Positions 24,340 to 37,504 of a stretch of DNA of 64,000 nt are shown piece by piece. Made by a program: the position numbers and the translations under genes. This DNA is from Fistulifera solaris. Its lineage: Eukaryota. How positions within the stretch are numbered: position 1 is the stretch's first letter; every line of letters begins with the position of its first letter. The notes below the pieces were generated by a model. The model saw only the letters and a program-made list of their open reading frames with translations. It made no database searches and was not told the origin of the DNA. The stretch is taken from contig AP026176.1 of the NCBI GenBank assembly GCA_030295235.1, positions 248,001-312,000 on the forward strand, given 5' to 3'.

Positions 24340-24836
24340 CGTGAGGCAATCTCGTTCGATGTAATCTATGTAATTGTGAAGCAACTGAGGAAGACTCAAA
24401 TTGATGATCTGTATTGATGATCTTTCCCTTGTATGTTGGAAATGAATGATCTTTTCGCAACAAAATAACAAAAATCCCCATGAGGATGAGGTGCGGCACT
24501 GAAAAGAGTGCGGCTCGCGAGTTAGTGAAGATGTTTTACATATAATATGTTTCTAATTATGGATTCCGTTGGATAAAACAGTTGCATGGAGTGTAGAAAA
24601 ACAATGGCGCGCCTTACATGAAAAACATTCAGTCTTAAACTACAAACGTGTTACGAGAATCACTTAGACAAAAAAGCGGCAGCGCGAATACGATCCCTCA
24701 CGCACTAGCTCTAGGAACAAAAGCCAAGGCCTGCTAGACCCTATATTCGATACAGCACTTCTTGTTGGAGATCTCTCATGTAGCTTTATATTGTATCTTT
24801 TCATAGTTTCGGTTTCTACAGTATTACTGTCTTGTT

Positions 24837-25755
24837 TCAATCCGCTCGATGACGCCGCGAATACCCCGACGGCTGCGACGGCTGCCAGCCGTCCAAACAT
24901 CCTTCTTCCAGCTCAAATACTTGGACGGTCAAGGGAAACACGACCGGCGCAGCATCAGAACCGCACGCGGTCGAAACATCGCCTTGCGGACACGTACTGG
25001 CCGCGACGACCAAATCGGTTTCCGCCAAGAATTCAATATAATCCCCCACTTGCACCGGTGATGGTTTGGTAAAATATTGGTGTGTATCTTTCGTAAAGCC
25101 GGTGCACATGAACACATTCAACACATCGTGCACGTGATCTTCCGTCAGGTTCGCGTTCCAACACGCCCGGGTCAAGTTGGAATGACAACAATCGTGTTTT
25201 TCTTGGCCTGTCAACAAAAAATGCGTGTACGGGTCACACCGACTCCCAATGACATCGTGGACTCCGGCGCTGTCATAAGAGAGAAGGTGAGAGACTTGGG
25301 GAACTACGTTTTTCCTTACAAACACACAACACATACCCATCTTCATCCCAACCATATTGGATGGTTTCATACGTAATGGTGGCCAACGGCCGCAAGTACG
25401 GCATATTCGACCACAACCGATCTCCTTTCTGTAAATGCGTCGCGTGTAGTTGTCGTGTCTTACTACTGTAAAAATGTTCCTTACTGTCATGCAGGGACCA
25501 ACAATTCATGTCGGCGACTTGGGGACCGTGCGAGCAGACGATGCGCCACAATTGTCCCGCTTTCACTTGCCAACTCACAGCATCACACGGGGGTATGACT
25601 ACCTCGTGAATCAATTGAGCGTGCTTCTCTTGCACGGCCGTCGCTAATTTCTCATAGAGAGCTTCGTCTTTCGTCGGAAGTTGTTCGACGGTATAACAAG
25701 GAATGGGTTTGGTGCGTCGGGCTGAAGCACGACGATCTTCGGTAGTCGTTATCAT
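24837..25755 (-). CDS. DUF1989 (urea-carboxylase-associated family) protein, 2 exons
   Basis: GQLWRIV..GPQVADMNCW and GDRLWSNMPYLRP. Intron 25270-25336 restores DGAGVHDVIGSRCDPY; CCHSNL, HDVLNVFM, GDYIEFLAETDL..STCPQGD follow. Confidence 0.85.
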
Positions 25756-26107
25756 GTTAAGGGGTGGAAATTGAAGCGATGATGTTGCAATGAGAAAATA
25801 TAGAAAAAGGATTGTGATGACGAGGAAAAGATCCGAGCGATATGAGCGAGAAAACGTGCGGTGCGTCCGTTCGACGTACCGTGTACTCTACTTCCGACAG
25901 TACTCGAATCTTCTCCTCAAAATCTGGGAATTTGAGCCTTCGGGGAAAGATCCGTTTCGTCGTCGGCAACGAAACTTCTTCTGTCGCGATCGACAGAGCT
26001 TTCTCACAGAATTATTTTGTTGTCGAACCACTGTCCTCATTCCTTTTCCTTCGTCATTCAATTGCATCTCATTCATTGCCTTGCATCGTCCCTATTCATT
26101 GCTCAAC

Positions 26108-27100
26108 ATGTTCGCCTTTCGTGTCGCTACCCGACAAATCCTTCGCACTCGCTGTGTGATTCCCAGCGTGCGACGTTTCAGTACGATGGATACCATGAAA
26201 TCCGGAACGCCCACCTACATGAGCCTGTATCCGGAAACATCGACCGATGGAGGTAAGAGAAAGTGCGATCTCTATAACAGTCGTTCGTCCTCTCACACAC
26301 ACACTTTGCGCAGGCATTCGGTTGGGCAACATTGTTCCCGACTTTGCGGCCGAAACGACGCACGGTACATGGAATTCCTTTCACGAATGGAAGAAAGGCA
26401 AATGGGCCATCCTGTTCAGTCATCCCGCCGATTTTACACCCGTCTGTACGACAGAAATTGGTCGTCTTGCCTTGAAGTATGATGAACTCCAGGCCATGGA
26501 TTGTCTCGTGGCCACCTTGTCGGTCGATCCCGTCAAATCGCACGAAGCCTGGTTACAAGATGTCGTGGCGCATTGCGAAAACAAGATTGAAGTCAAATTT
26601 CCCATTATCGGTGACGCCGATCGATCCATCAGTGAAGCGTACGGGATGATTGATCCGGGCACTTCGAATGATCAAAGTTTGCCCTTGACGATTCGGGCCG
26701 TCTTTATCATCAATCCGGAAAACAAACTCATGTTGACGTTGAATTATCCCGCCTGTGTCGGACGGAATATGGACGAAATTGTTCGTTGTGTCAAGGCCTT
26801 GCAATTGTCGTACGAAAAGTCCATTGCCACGCCCGCCAATTGTACGTTAATACTGGTTGTAGTTGATGAAGTTGTCGGAATCGGAATTCACTCACACTTT
26901 GCTGCCTCCACAGGGCCCAACAATCACGAAGAAATTGTATTACCGGACGGTACCCGCAGCAAAGAATTCAAAGGATCCGTCTTTTGTTGCCCACGGTCTC
27001 GCAAGAAGAAGCGGAAGCCCATTATCCGGGCTATCATACGTGTGACGTTCCGTCCAAAATTCCGTACCTGCGTCTCGTCAAGGCCGATCAAGTGCAGTAA
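26108..27100 (+). CDS. 1-Cys peroxiredoxin (Prx6 class) with mitochondrial-type presequence, 3 exons
   Basis: FSHPADFTPVCTTE active site, GRNMDEI, TPANWP (introns 26253-26313 and 26842-26913), PSKIPYLR after a frameshift at 26982-26985. Arg-rich N-terminus. Confidence 0.9.
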
Positions 27101-27120
27101 ATGAAATACAATAAACTTTT

Positions 27121-27861
27121 TCAGATAGCATTATTCTTCATGCGTGCTCGAATATCGCGTGCCATCGTTTGTCGCAACTCAACACAAGCTTGTGGAGTGA
27201 TGCGTTGTTGCAGTTGCTGTTCCCATTCGTCTTCCGTTTCCGCCAGTATTTGTGCCGTCAATAAGACATGACAGCCACAATCATAACCATTCGTTTGTTG
27301 CGGTGTCTTCATTTCGTGGACGAATTGAATTGTTGTCGTGGAGTTCTTTCGTATCGTATTCGAACCCAGATGGTGCCAAAACGATTGAAATTGTTGAGCG
27401 ACGCGGTATGCCGCTGCAGCGTTGCCACTGTGACGACTGGAAGAATCGAAATGCCGATACATACAATGGCCATCCTGAAAGGTAATCAATAACAGACTCC
27501 AATGCGTTCCCAGTGTTTGATTTCGAGACGGTGGTATTATTTCGTGTGACAAGGTATCGTTGATGGGCAACAACAGTTTGCGACACGTCGTTGTCAGGTT
27601 AGGATATCCTCGTGCAAAGTCAGTAAGTTCGTCCTTGTCCTCTAGCAACAAGAAACAAAACACGACGGACGGATCCCAAAACAGAACCTTCTCAGAATGC
27701 GATAAGCAGACGAACTGATAGTGCAAACACGCATCATTGAGCCACGCGTGCGGATCTTCCAGCAATTTGAGGTCACGACCGTAAATACAGGCATCGTGAT
27801 GATTCAGCAATAATTGATTGTCGTCGTAATAAGTCATATTCGACGAAGAGTGAAAACGCAT
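27121..27861 (-). CDS. Ulp1/C48 cysteine protease, SENP8/NEDP1-like
   Basis: WLND, LPIND, GTHWSLL, HFDS and QQTNGYDCG motifs. Confidence 0.85.
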   Translation of the reverse strand: MRFHSSSNMTYYDDNQLLLNHHDACIYGRDLKLLEDPHAWLNDACLHYQFVCLSHSEKVLFWDPSVVFCFLLLEDKDELTDFARGYPNLTTTCRKLLLPINDTLSHEIIPPSRNQTLGTHWSLLLITFQDGHCMYRHFDSSSRHSGNAAAAYRVAQQFQSFWHHLGSNTIRKNSTTTIQFVHEMKTPQQTNGYDCGCHVLLTAQILAETEDEWEQQLQQRITPQACVELRQTMARDIRARMKNNAI

Positions 27862-28145
27862 CTGTAAAGATGATCAGGACTTTTGATTGTCTTTTTCTTG
27901 TTGTCGTCGTTGCATTTTTTCGTGACGATTTTTTTGCGTTTCATCCGTTTTCGCTGCGACATTTGCACCCATTCGGACACCCCTGCGACATGCATTTTAT
28001 GAGTAGAACGTTTCGTGTACGCAATACGAAAGCTTCAACGACAAAGAACGATATAAGAAAAAGGCAACAATAATAAAACACCAACGAGATCCCTTGTATT
28101 ATTGCTGTTGTCATTTCATAACAATCAAAGTAGCATCCATACATC

Positions 28146-29413
28146 ATGTCTTCTATTCTTTCTTCGACCAGCCATCATGTCCGCGGAAACTCACTGGCCT
28201 TTCAAAATATTTTGGTCGTCATCAAACAAACGGCCTTTGAAGAATATTCACAGGTACGCTTCAGGAGACGACTCTTTGGCCTTGCGTTCTTCTACAAAAC
28301 ACTCACTCATTTCATTATTCTGTTTTTAGCTCAAATTACGAGGCCAAGCCCCGAAAGCTCTCCGTTGGTCACGTCTCGAACAACGATTCTTGCAACACAA
28401 ACAATGTGTCACCGATTTATTAGAAATACTGCGACAACATGCCGTACCGTTCAGTTGTGTCAATCGCGTCGAATTGGATCGACAACATTTGTCGGATATT
28501 GATTTGGTCATTTCGGTGGGCGGCGATGGCACACTCTTGAGTGCGGCGCATTTTCTCGATCACGGGACGATTCCCCTTCTCGGAATCAATTCCGATCCCA
28601 ACATTCGCAAAGAAGATTTGGTCGTCAAAAGAAAACTTCGGATGAACGACGATCGCATGGTGCTTTGTGTATGTGTCATTCGTTTGATATGAAACAACAT
28701 TTGGACGACGTATTGTATGGGGGTGGCCGCTTGCAAGTCCGGACCCGGATTCGTTGTAAAGTCAAAAGTACCTTTTCGGAAACCTTGTTGGTGCCCGCGC
28801 TCAATGATTTGTTGTTGGCGAATCCGTCTCCGGCGGCCGTCAGTCGATTTCGGATGGGATTTATGAAATTGCGACCGGAAGGCGCCCGACCGTCGGAAAC
28901 GTACGGGACCGTGACACGGTTTGGTGGGAAACCGTACGATGTGGTCGATTCCATCAATGTACGTATTGTCTATTGTGTTTGCAGTGCGTTGTACACAGAC
29001 ACAGTGTCTCATCTTCTTTTCCATACCAGGTTTGGTCGTCGGGGATGTGGGTCTCGACCGGAACGGGTTCCACGGCCGCCATGCATGCCGCCGGAGGACG
29101 ACCGATGGAGTTGGAAAGTCGTGATTTGCAATATTTGATTCGAGAACATATGATTGAACGACAAGCGTCCTATACGTCATTGGATGAAGCACCCTATTCA
29201 CCCCATCGCGTCGACAATGGTTTCGTCCGGCACGAAGAAAAGATGCACGTGCGATGGAATTCACAGAAAGGACGCATTTTCATTGATGGATCTCATTTGA
29301 CCCATAATTTGGAATTGGGAGATGAAATTATGATTGATAACAAAGCGCCGCCATTGAAAATCTTTGCCAAGGCCTATTTGGAAGATGAAGAAGAACGAAG
29401 GTCGCTAGAATGA
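28146..29413 (+). CDS. NAD(H) kinase (plant NADK3-like), 3 exons
   Basis: SVGGDGTLL, LGINSDP, ALND and SSGMWVSTGTGSTAAM. Introns 28254-28329 and 28959-29029; frameshift at 28627-28630. Confidence 0.88.
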
Positions 29414-29495
29414 CCAAAAGTAGGAGAATAAATAAGTCTGGTGCTTTTTTTATTATCATTCGCACTACTAAGAATTTTATTTTCCTCTGTTTTTT

Positions 29496-30506
29496 TCACA
29501 AGAACGTATTCTGTTTGAGACCCAACCGCGTCCGCAAATACCATACATAAAAGGCCATGGCCGCAAACGCCATGGCAAATAAGACAATAAAGGCGGTAGC
29601 GACCGCACTGGGACGACTACTGGCCGTATTGATGATGCCATCTTGTCGGACCATCCGAATGCCTTCCAAATAGTTGCACGCATTGTTGTTTGGACTTGAA
29701 ACAGAAGCCAAGTTGGCTTCGCATTTCCCCGCGTTGTCGTACCAGAGTTCACACGATTCGCGGACTTGGTCGGCATCCGCGGCATCGTTGGCATTTTGAT
29801 TGTTATTATCCGGTTCGCGACATGACACACAATCCGATTGAATGATGGATTTCTTTGCATAGGGCAAAGTGAATCCCATCAAGGATTCAAAGGACGCTTC
29901 GGCAAAGTTGGAACAAGTATCGTCCGTAAAGAGACCCAGATGAATCGCCCCTCCTTGATTCGCACAGAAGGGACCAACGTAGTATTGATTGCCGTCATTA
30001 TTGTTTTGAACATTGAGGCGATTGCAATACATGTAGTTTTCGATCGCAAATCCTTGATTGTTGTTATTGTTGTTGAGGCATTCTTCGTGACCGGCTTTGG
30101 TCAAACACTCGGTCCAACATTGTTCATCGCCGTTGCATTGACATTGATTTTGATAGTTTTGACATTCGGATACCATGACTTGGGAATACGCTTGCATAAA
30201 CGTATCCATATCCATGACATAATCGCCGTATCCACTGGAACATCCGAAACTTTTGTTGGAAGAACACGATTGCGAAGGACACAATCGAAATCGCACGAGG
30301 CGTTTTGTTTCAATCCGAACATCGGCATTTTCGTTAGCGGCATCATTCCATTGTTTAATGTGATGACACCCCAAGAATTTGACCGAATAGTTGGCGAGCC
30401 ACGATTGTTGAAAGTTATTTTGATCGAGTCGTCGATGATGTTGCAGGAAGGACAATTCCGCCGTTGCGACGGAAAGGAGTGTTAGTACAGTAATTAGTAC
30501 TTTCAT
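29496..30506 (-). CDS. Silicanin-1-like single-pass membrane protein (copy A)
   Basis: Signal peptide, RRL motif, N/Q- and Cys-rich domain (YSVKFLGCHH, RFRLCPS, YGDYVMD, YYVGPFC, GKCE), C-terminal TM helix and short basic tail. Confidence 0.8.
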   Translation of the reverse strand: MKVLITVLTLLSVATAELSFLQHHRRLDQNNFQQSWLANYSVKFLGCHHIKQWNDAANENADVRIETKRLVRFRLCPSQSCSSNKSFGCSSGYGDYVMDMDTFMQAYSQVMVSECQNYQNQCQCNGDEQCWTECLTKAGHEECLNNNNNNQGFAIENYMYCNRLNVQNNNDGNQYYVGPFCANQGGAIHLGLFTDDTCSNFAEASFESLMGFTLPYAKKSIIQSDCVSCREPDNNNQNANDAADADQVRESCELWYDNAGKCEANLASVSSPNNNACNYLEGIRMVRQDGIINTASSRPSAVATAFIVLFAMAFAAMAFYVWYLRTRLGLKQNTFL

Positions 30507-30916
30507 GGCGTTGATTGTTATTTAACGAATGAACGGCTATTGAAGATCAATCGAAGAAGAATAGGATCAAAGGATAATGAGAGAAAAATAAATAATGATT
30601 GTGTAGCTCATGCATCATCATGGCAATGATACACGGGCGCTAATATTTGGCGAAATCGAATTCCGTTGGAAAGAGAGTGGACAGGATTTCCTATTTTCGT
30701 CAATTAAATCCAGAACGTGTACTGTGTCATTCACTTAATTATAAGGAAGTGGGCGAGGAACAGATTCAGATCTACCGTATTGAAGATACTTACATGCACA
30801 GATTGTCGGATACATCCAACATCTATTCGTTACCGCTACGACCTACCTCACCCTCGAAAGAATGCGGAGGAAAAAAGCACAACCGCAAAACACGCACATT
30901 TCTTTCTTCTTCGACC

Positions 30917-32424
30917 ATGTTGGGTCAACTGACTTCCAGAAAACAACACTATCAAACCATTGATACAGATTATAATAAGGATGCAATCTACAAGGAGAAG
31001 GAAGAGAAAGAAGAACGAATCATGGGACGACTGTCTCACTTTTTATTTGGCTTCATGTACGACGAAGACGACGACTTGGAGGACTGGAACGAGTATTCGA
31101 GAATGGAATCGTCAATGCCTCTTTACAATTCACTGAATCTGTGTTTAGCTGCCGCCATTGCAACGACGGCTGCAGCCGAATCGGCTCCGTTAACTCTAAT
31201 GACGGCCATGAGTGATCAGTTTTCCGATCTGGCCTCCTTGTCGTCACACACGGCGGCTTCGGCGGTCTTGGGCGCGGCAATGGGGAAATTCATCAATGGA
31301 CCTCTCATTGATTTGATGGGCGCCCGTCGGATCTTTGTACATTCGTCTCTTCTACTGTGCTTGTCTTTGGTATTGTTGGCAATATCACAAACGGCCACCA
31401 TGGCCATCGTCGCCTGTTTTCTCATTGAATTCACGTCCACCGTCCAATGGCCCTGCGTCACCGTCATATTGGCGACGCATTATCGTGGGAGTGGCCAGTA
31501 CGAAGGTGGCATTTTTATCACTTCGTTGGGATCCCGGATGGGAGCCTTGTTGGCGATCCCCGTTTACACGGGCCTGTTGCCGCAGTGGCGCGTCGTGGCC
31601 GTGAGTGGTGGATGGCTGGCCCTCGTGTCGTGCTCGATTGTGTACCTTTATGTCCAAGATGCCCCCAACAACTCCATGCACCCCAAAATCCCCTTACTCG
31701 GAACAAGAAGGAAGAAGGAACACTGCGGTTGTTGCAGCAGGTACTCAAGGAAAACATTGTTCCTTCCGTGCGGCACATCTGTGGAAGTCCCACCTTTTGG
31801 TGGGTAGCTTTGGCGCATGCGGGATCGGCGACCGTCCGATCGTCGGAACGGGTGTTGGCGACGTATTTTTATGAAACCGGAACGACCGCATCGGCCGGCT
31901 TGGCCGTCTACTTGTCCCTGGGCATTACGCTCGGTTTAGTCTTAGCCGGCCAGGCGTTTGCGCGTCAATCGGAACGCGAACGCAAACAATTGGTGGCACG
32001 ATTGTATTTGGCCAGCATTGTGGCGTGTTATGCCCTTGCCGCCATGGCGGTACCGGCCATCCATCAAATGGCGCCCGATTTGATGAAGATTTTTCAAATC
32101 ATGGCCGTCGTCGTGGCGGGGTTTGGGATTGCCGTGCCGTTGTATCATATCCCCAGTTTAGTTGGAGCTACCTTTGGTTGTGACAAGGGAATGTATGCGG
32201 CCTATACTGATGGGGTCGGATACGGTCTTTCGTCGATTGTGTGGGGCGTGATTGTGGGCGGTTCCTTGCAAGGACATCACGGCGATGGAGTGGGTTGGGC
32301 GTATGGATGGGCGGCCGTGGCATTACTGTTAATTCTGTCTTCCATTCTGATGATCGAATTTATGGAATATCACTTTTGCCGCCCTCGTCATGGTGGCACC
32401 TACGAGACTATCATTTTTGCATAA
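30917..32424 (+). CDS. MFS transporter (apparent frameshift 31662-31666)
   Basis: GKFINGPLIDLMGARR MFS motif A and about 12 hydrophobic segments across two frames that join at CCCCC. Confidence 0.8.
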
Positions 32425-32524
32425 TAGAAGCTACTACGCTATAGAGTTTCATTCAAGCCTCCGGATAGGAGGATTACCACATGACTGGAAGAAAAGGAAA
32501 GATGGCGGACATTTTATAATTATT

Positions 32525-33236
32525 TTAGAACTTCATGTTGTGTGGCTTATCGTTCGAGCTCAAAGTGAAGCGAGCGGCCAGGTAACCTTCCAACATTTCT
32601 GTGCTTCCGACAATCTTCAGGAGGACATCATCGACTTTCTTTTGCTCGGCTTTGCGTTGTTCACTCACAACAGCGGGCTTGGGTGCATCACCGGCGAAAA
32701 ACTCTTGCTCTCCTTCTTTCTTTTCGTCCTTGTCTCGGGAAAAGAATTCATCGGTAATGGAGGAAACATCGACCTGACTGACATCAATCTTGGTGCTGGT
32801 GGCAATCACGTAGGCGGGGTTGACACGGCGCAATGGGACTCCATTGATTTTGTAGGGACCCGATACCAACAAGAGACCGGATTCCAACAGTTTGAGGCAT
32901 ACGACGCGCTTTCCACGGAATCGGCCTGCCAAAATAATGACCACGGTTCCAGGAGTGATCGATTTGCGAATTCGGGGTGGGTTTTGCTTTACGAGATGCA
33001 CTTTTTGGCAGGCTTGGCATCCTCAGCGGGGTAATAGCGGGGAGTTTTCTGTTGAGGGCGAAATGATATTGATTGTGAGCGAATTATATATGAATGTGGA
33101 AATGCAACGGGGAAATTTGGAAAATCAGTTGAACAATTTATTCTACAATTTTGTTATCGCCGCTTTTTCCTTTGTACGCCTGCATAGTTCATGTCTCATT
33201 GAAAGCAAATTTAACACTTACAGTTGCTGCTGTCAT
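32525..33236 (-). CDS. RPL6: 60S ribosomal protein L6 (eL6)
   Basis: RYYPAED, RKSITPGTVVIILAGRFRGKRVV, GPYKINGVPLRRVN and KPHNMKF. Intron 33049-33221; apparent indels at 33002-33006 and 32974-32977. Confidence 0.93.
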
Positions 33237-33689
33237 GGTTGTTGATTATTATTTTTCCAAGAAGAGCCAAATACCATTTGCTTGCCTGTCGACGCAACGA
33301 GCCAAAAACAGGGTGGAACGCAGTTTAGTAAAACGGTAGCAGTTACGCGCGAAATGTCGCGCGGGTGTTGGTTGACAATTTACATTACGGTTAATAGAAG
33401 TGGTGCGACAAATTTTTGGAGGAGTGTCACTTCAACAGTACGAACGACAGCTAAGGATCGCGACAAACGTAAAATCCTATCTTTGACCTTCTAAACACTA
33501 GCTTCGATAAACTTTCGTTTCTAGTGTTACCATATTATTAGAAAATTTGTTTCAACCCAGTTGCTGAGCTTCACTTCAATCTAGGATCGACAAGTCATGT
33601 GAGTAACAAAAGAAGCATTTCCATGATAGACTAAAACGAAAAATTGTTTCTTAATCTGACGATGCCTCGAATATATTATTGCCTATCTT

Positions 33690-36600
33690 CTACAGGCCAC
33701 TTTGTTGCAGAGCGGCAATGGCGCGCTTGATTTCTTTGTAACGACGATATTGACTGGCAACGGGACGAATGTCACTAAAGCTGGATACTTGTCGTCCGTG
33801 TTTTTCGTAAAAGTCACGTTCATAGGAACGCAACATTTGGTGCAGTTCTGCTTTTTCCGCTCGCAACGAGTTGAGATTTTGCGTCGGTGTTGGTTCGGGT
33901 GGAGGAGGTGTGGGCTCGGGAACTCGCCTCATAACGTTGGGTCGTTGTCGTTCCATGAGGCGAGGCTCCTCTGTGACACTTTCCGATACCATGGTTCGCA
34001 CTTCCGATGAAGCATTGGACCGTGAGACAGCTGGCGTAGATTGACTTGATCGACTATCTTGCTCCATTTGCGTTATTTGAGATTTCAAGGCATTGTAACT
34101 TTCATATAGGTGACGAATTGGTTCCTTTTCAGCTTTCACGGGCATTCTACCGTGCCTTCTAGCAAAGTCCATATCGTACTGACGAAGTTGACGCTTCATG
34201 TCACGCTTACGAGCCTGCAACTCATCCAGAGAAAAGCCCGAGTAGGACTCGGACGTAAAGCCAGAATCTGATTGTGAGCCGACAAGGTGGCGATCATTCG
34301 CCACGGTGGTGTAACCCCAATCCGGATCGAGAGAGAAAGGTAAGCCTATTTTTGCCGGAGCAAGAGGAGAAGAAGATCCCATTTCGTTACTGTCCAAGTC
34401 GGCTGGCATGCTGATTTGGTCAATAGTACTGGCGTAGCTAGTACGGCCGGGACGTTTCGCCACAATCGTAGAGAACGTAGACGCGTTGTTATTCAGTAGC
34501 ATTGATCTTGTACGAGCTCCCCGTATCAAAGCTTGAATACGACATGCCGCGTCAGCACGGATGGCTCGTTTCCATTCTCTATATTGGGCGTAAGTAGATG
34601 CTAGAGGGCACGCTCCGCATTCCCCTTCGGTGGCCTCCCATGGAGCTGGAAAAACGCATCTTCGAACCGTTGAATCTGGGCACGAAGTGCTCGGCATGCA
34701 GCAACAGTTCGTTTCCTTTCTGCAGCAGTTGACGTCAACGTGCGATAGTTTGCTGCTCCAGAAGGAGTTGAACCTAATGCGTATGATGCAGAAGATGGCC
34801 TATATGGTACTAGATCACTTGAACCACTAGTCCCAACCGAATTAGCAGGTGATAGCGGTGACGATAATACATTATTTCCCATCCATCCCTCGCGAGGAGA
34901 TCTTCCCCTCTTCGGTGACACTGGAGCCATTGGCGTATCCAAAGAGCGTGCATGCTCTGCAGTCTTTTTGGGTGATTTTGGGGATTTAGGTGGAGCGGCA
35001 GGTATGATGCTAGTGCCCTGTTTTGGCGATAGATCGTCTTGGTCCGACGAATCAGATGCGTACAGCATAAGTTTTCCAGGAGGCGGCATGGGAGGGGGAC
35101 TCACCGCTCGCTCCGTCAGTTGCGACGACCCAAACAGATTATCGGAATCCGAAACCAGAGAATTGCTAGGAGAAAGTGATGAGGGCTTCCCATATCCAAA
35201 CACGCGCGCAGGACTTCGTGGAGACGGTGCATTGTGTTTCGGACTGGCTTCACTTTGTAAAGCACTCGGTCTTCGGTTTTGATAGACCCGTCGATGCGGC
35301 CGTACGGAATCGGGCTGAACCAAAAGCCGCGACCAATCCGTAGCCATGACATTCGAGACGGAAAGCTTAATTTGTTGAACAACTGCCACAACCTCCCTCT
35401 CGTTCAAACCGCCGTCCTTTCTCCTTTGTACAGCCGAAAGCCAAGCACCGTGCGAACCATTGGCAAAACCAAGTTTGAATACACCGTCAGAGGTTTCACG
35501 CGTTAACGTTTGTAGCTGTTTTGCCGCCACGGCACGTTTCGAATCGGCAAGAAGACGTCGGCCCCGATCATACCATCCATTGCTAAAAATATCGAACGCT
35601 GCATCAAAAATCAGTTCGGCTGCTGCCAGTATCGGCTCCATGTCATTTTGATGACGCAAACACCAGACCGCGCCCTGTGGAGGGCGTATCAAAAGAGGGG
35701 CGATGCGTTGTACATATCTTCTCTGATAGCGGTACGTCCCGCACATTCGCCGTAGTTTCGCCAGCAGGACAATCGCTTCACCCGAGGGCTGCTCCAGAGA
35801 AGATATCAGCAAAGGAGTCAGGGTTGACAAAATTTGAGAGCGCGATTTTTGTGCAGTGTCGCCTTTTCCTTGTGTACTAATCGCCTGATCTTCCAGTAAC
35901 GCCATCCCGGCATTCACAATACCATCATAACATTTGGCCATTCCTTCTATACTCTCCGCTTTGTTCATTTGCAGACTTTCCAAAACCAACGCCGCGGATA
36001 AAGATGGAGACATTGTTTGTTGTATTGGGTTGATGTTAAAATCCAGTAAAATCATTTCTTTGGTTACTTCGAACTCATCGTCACTGTCTTTGAACGCGCC
36101 TCGCCGTTTCCGTTCCTCTCGCTGTTGACGCTGGAGTTGTCGAACCACAATCAAGTTGGCTTGCTTTTTCATTTGCGTCAACTCTTTCTGAAGATAGGAT
36201 CGAGCCGCCACCTGGTCCGGCGCATGTACCGCATCGAAATAACGAAATTTTCTCCGATTGAATGGCAGCTTCCCCGTCGCATTATGCTTTCCACTTTGTC
36301 CACGAGATGCAGCAATTCCGAATGGAGTATAGAGCGGTTCGCGAGCATACTGTTCTGGGTCCAGTAGACTTCGATTCGAATCTGAAAATAGTACATCTGC
36401 ATCCATAAGATCTTCATCGTCACCACTGCTGGCGTCCTCCTCATCGTCCGAATTCAAAGGGGGAGGATGGATCACAAATTCCTCCTCCTGCGCATCATAT
36501 CTCGCATACGCTTGCGACCCCACCAGCTCTTCTACGCTGTAGTCTTCTTCCAACCGTCCATGTGGTTTTTGCCGTAAACGTTGTCTGAGTAGAGCCTGCA

Positions 36601-36871
36601 ATTCCCGCCGCGCTCGACCCGGCGGACAGATATTCAGGTGCGTTCGAGCCCCCATGCGAATGGCATTTCGAACACTGAGCAACACGAGCTGTGCCGCTGG
36701 ACACGGTTTCACGGACGCGTGCTGTGGTTGATGCATGTCGTTCGCACTCACGATTGCACGTGCATTTCCTTCGTTCAATAATCCATTCTTTTCCCCCGCT
36801 GTTTCATTCGATCGCCTCCTTCGAAATACAGAATTCGCAGAATGTTCCTTGTTACCTGCGCGCAGCACCAT
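33690..36871 (-). CDS. Large protein with IQ motif and three FAM13-like helical repeats (apparent frameshift 34606-34608)
   Basis: Repeats LRAQIQRFEDAFFQLHGRPP..YAQY, MKRQLRQYDMDFARRHGRMP..YESY and LHQMLRSYERDFYEKHGRQV..YRRY; IQ motif AACRIQALIRGARTR. Confidence 0.72.
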
Positions 36872-37504
36872 CCTGCTACTTTCAATTTAAATACCACTGA
36901 AACGTCCGGATCATAAAGCGTCGTTATTAAAGATAGTAGTAGGGCAAACGTGATTGCTTCAAAAGCTTTGTTCGTCGATACAAGGCATTATCATTCGATT
37001 TGACGCCGTTGTTTCGTTTTGCTCGATGGGCTTCACGCTGCGTAACCGGCAGACTTGTGCGCGCGCAAAAATCTCTATAAACATTTTTCCCGCGTCATTC
37101 TCCAAATATATGGAAAACGTCTTAATGTTCCGTTGGATTATGAATCGATACATGATGATATTTTTCTTAGCAATAGTTGTGTATGAAAAAATGAAACCGG
37201 CCGGTTTGTTAGGAACCAAATAGTACTTTCCATTTTATAATGATAAGCTTTCTGTAATGTCGTACTGGTACAGATCGAGACATGCGGATAGCGAGACGAA
37301 AACCGCGCTCGACAAACGTTTTCATTTTTTCACGGAACAAATTGCAACGCCAACCGAAGGGAAACGACAAGAATAGAAAACCGCGCTCATAAAAACGGAT
37401 CCAGTTTACGTTACCAAAAGAATCAAACAATGATCTCGTCTCATAAAACATCGGACCGGGTGCGGTCGACCTCACCTTTTCAAGTCAAACAGACCCATCA
37501 AACC

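Noticed and set aside
33049..33221. Longer RPL6 intron as a possible snoRNA host
   Set aside because: A CTGA is present but there is no canonical box C (RTGATGA) or terminal stem; this would need an Rfam/snoscan search.
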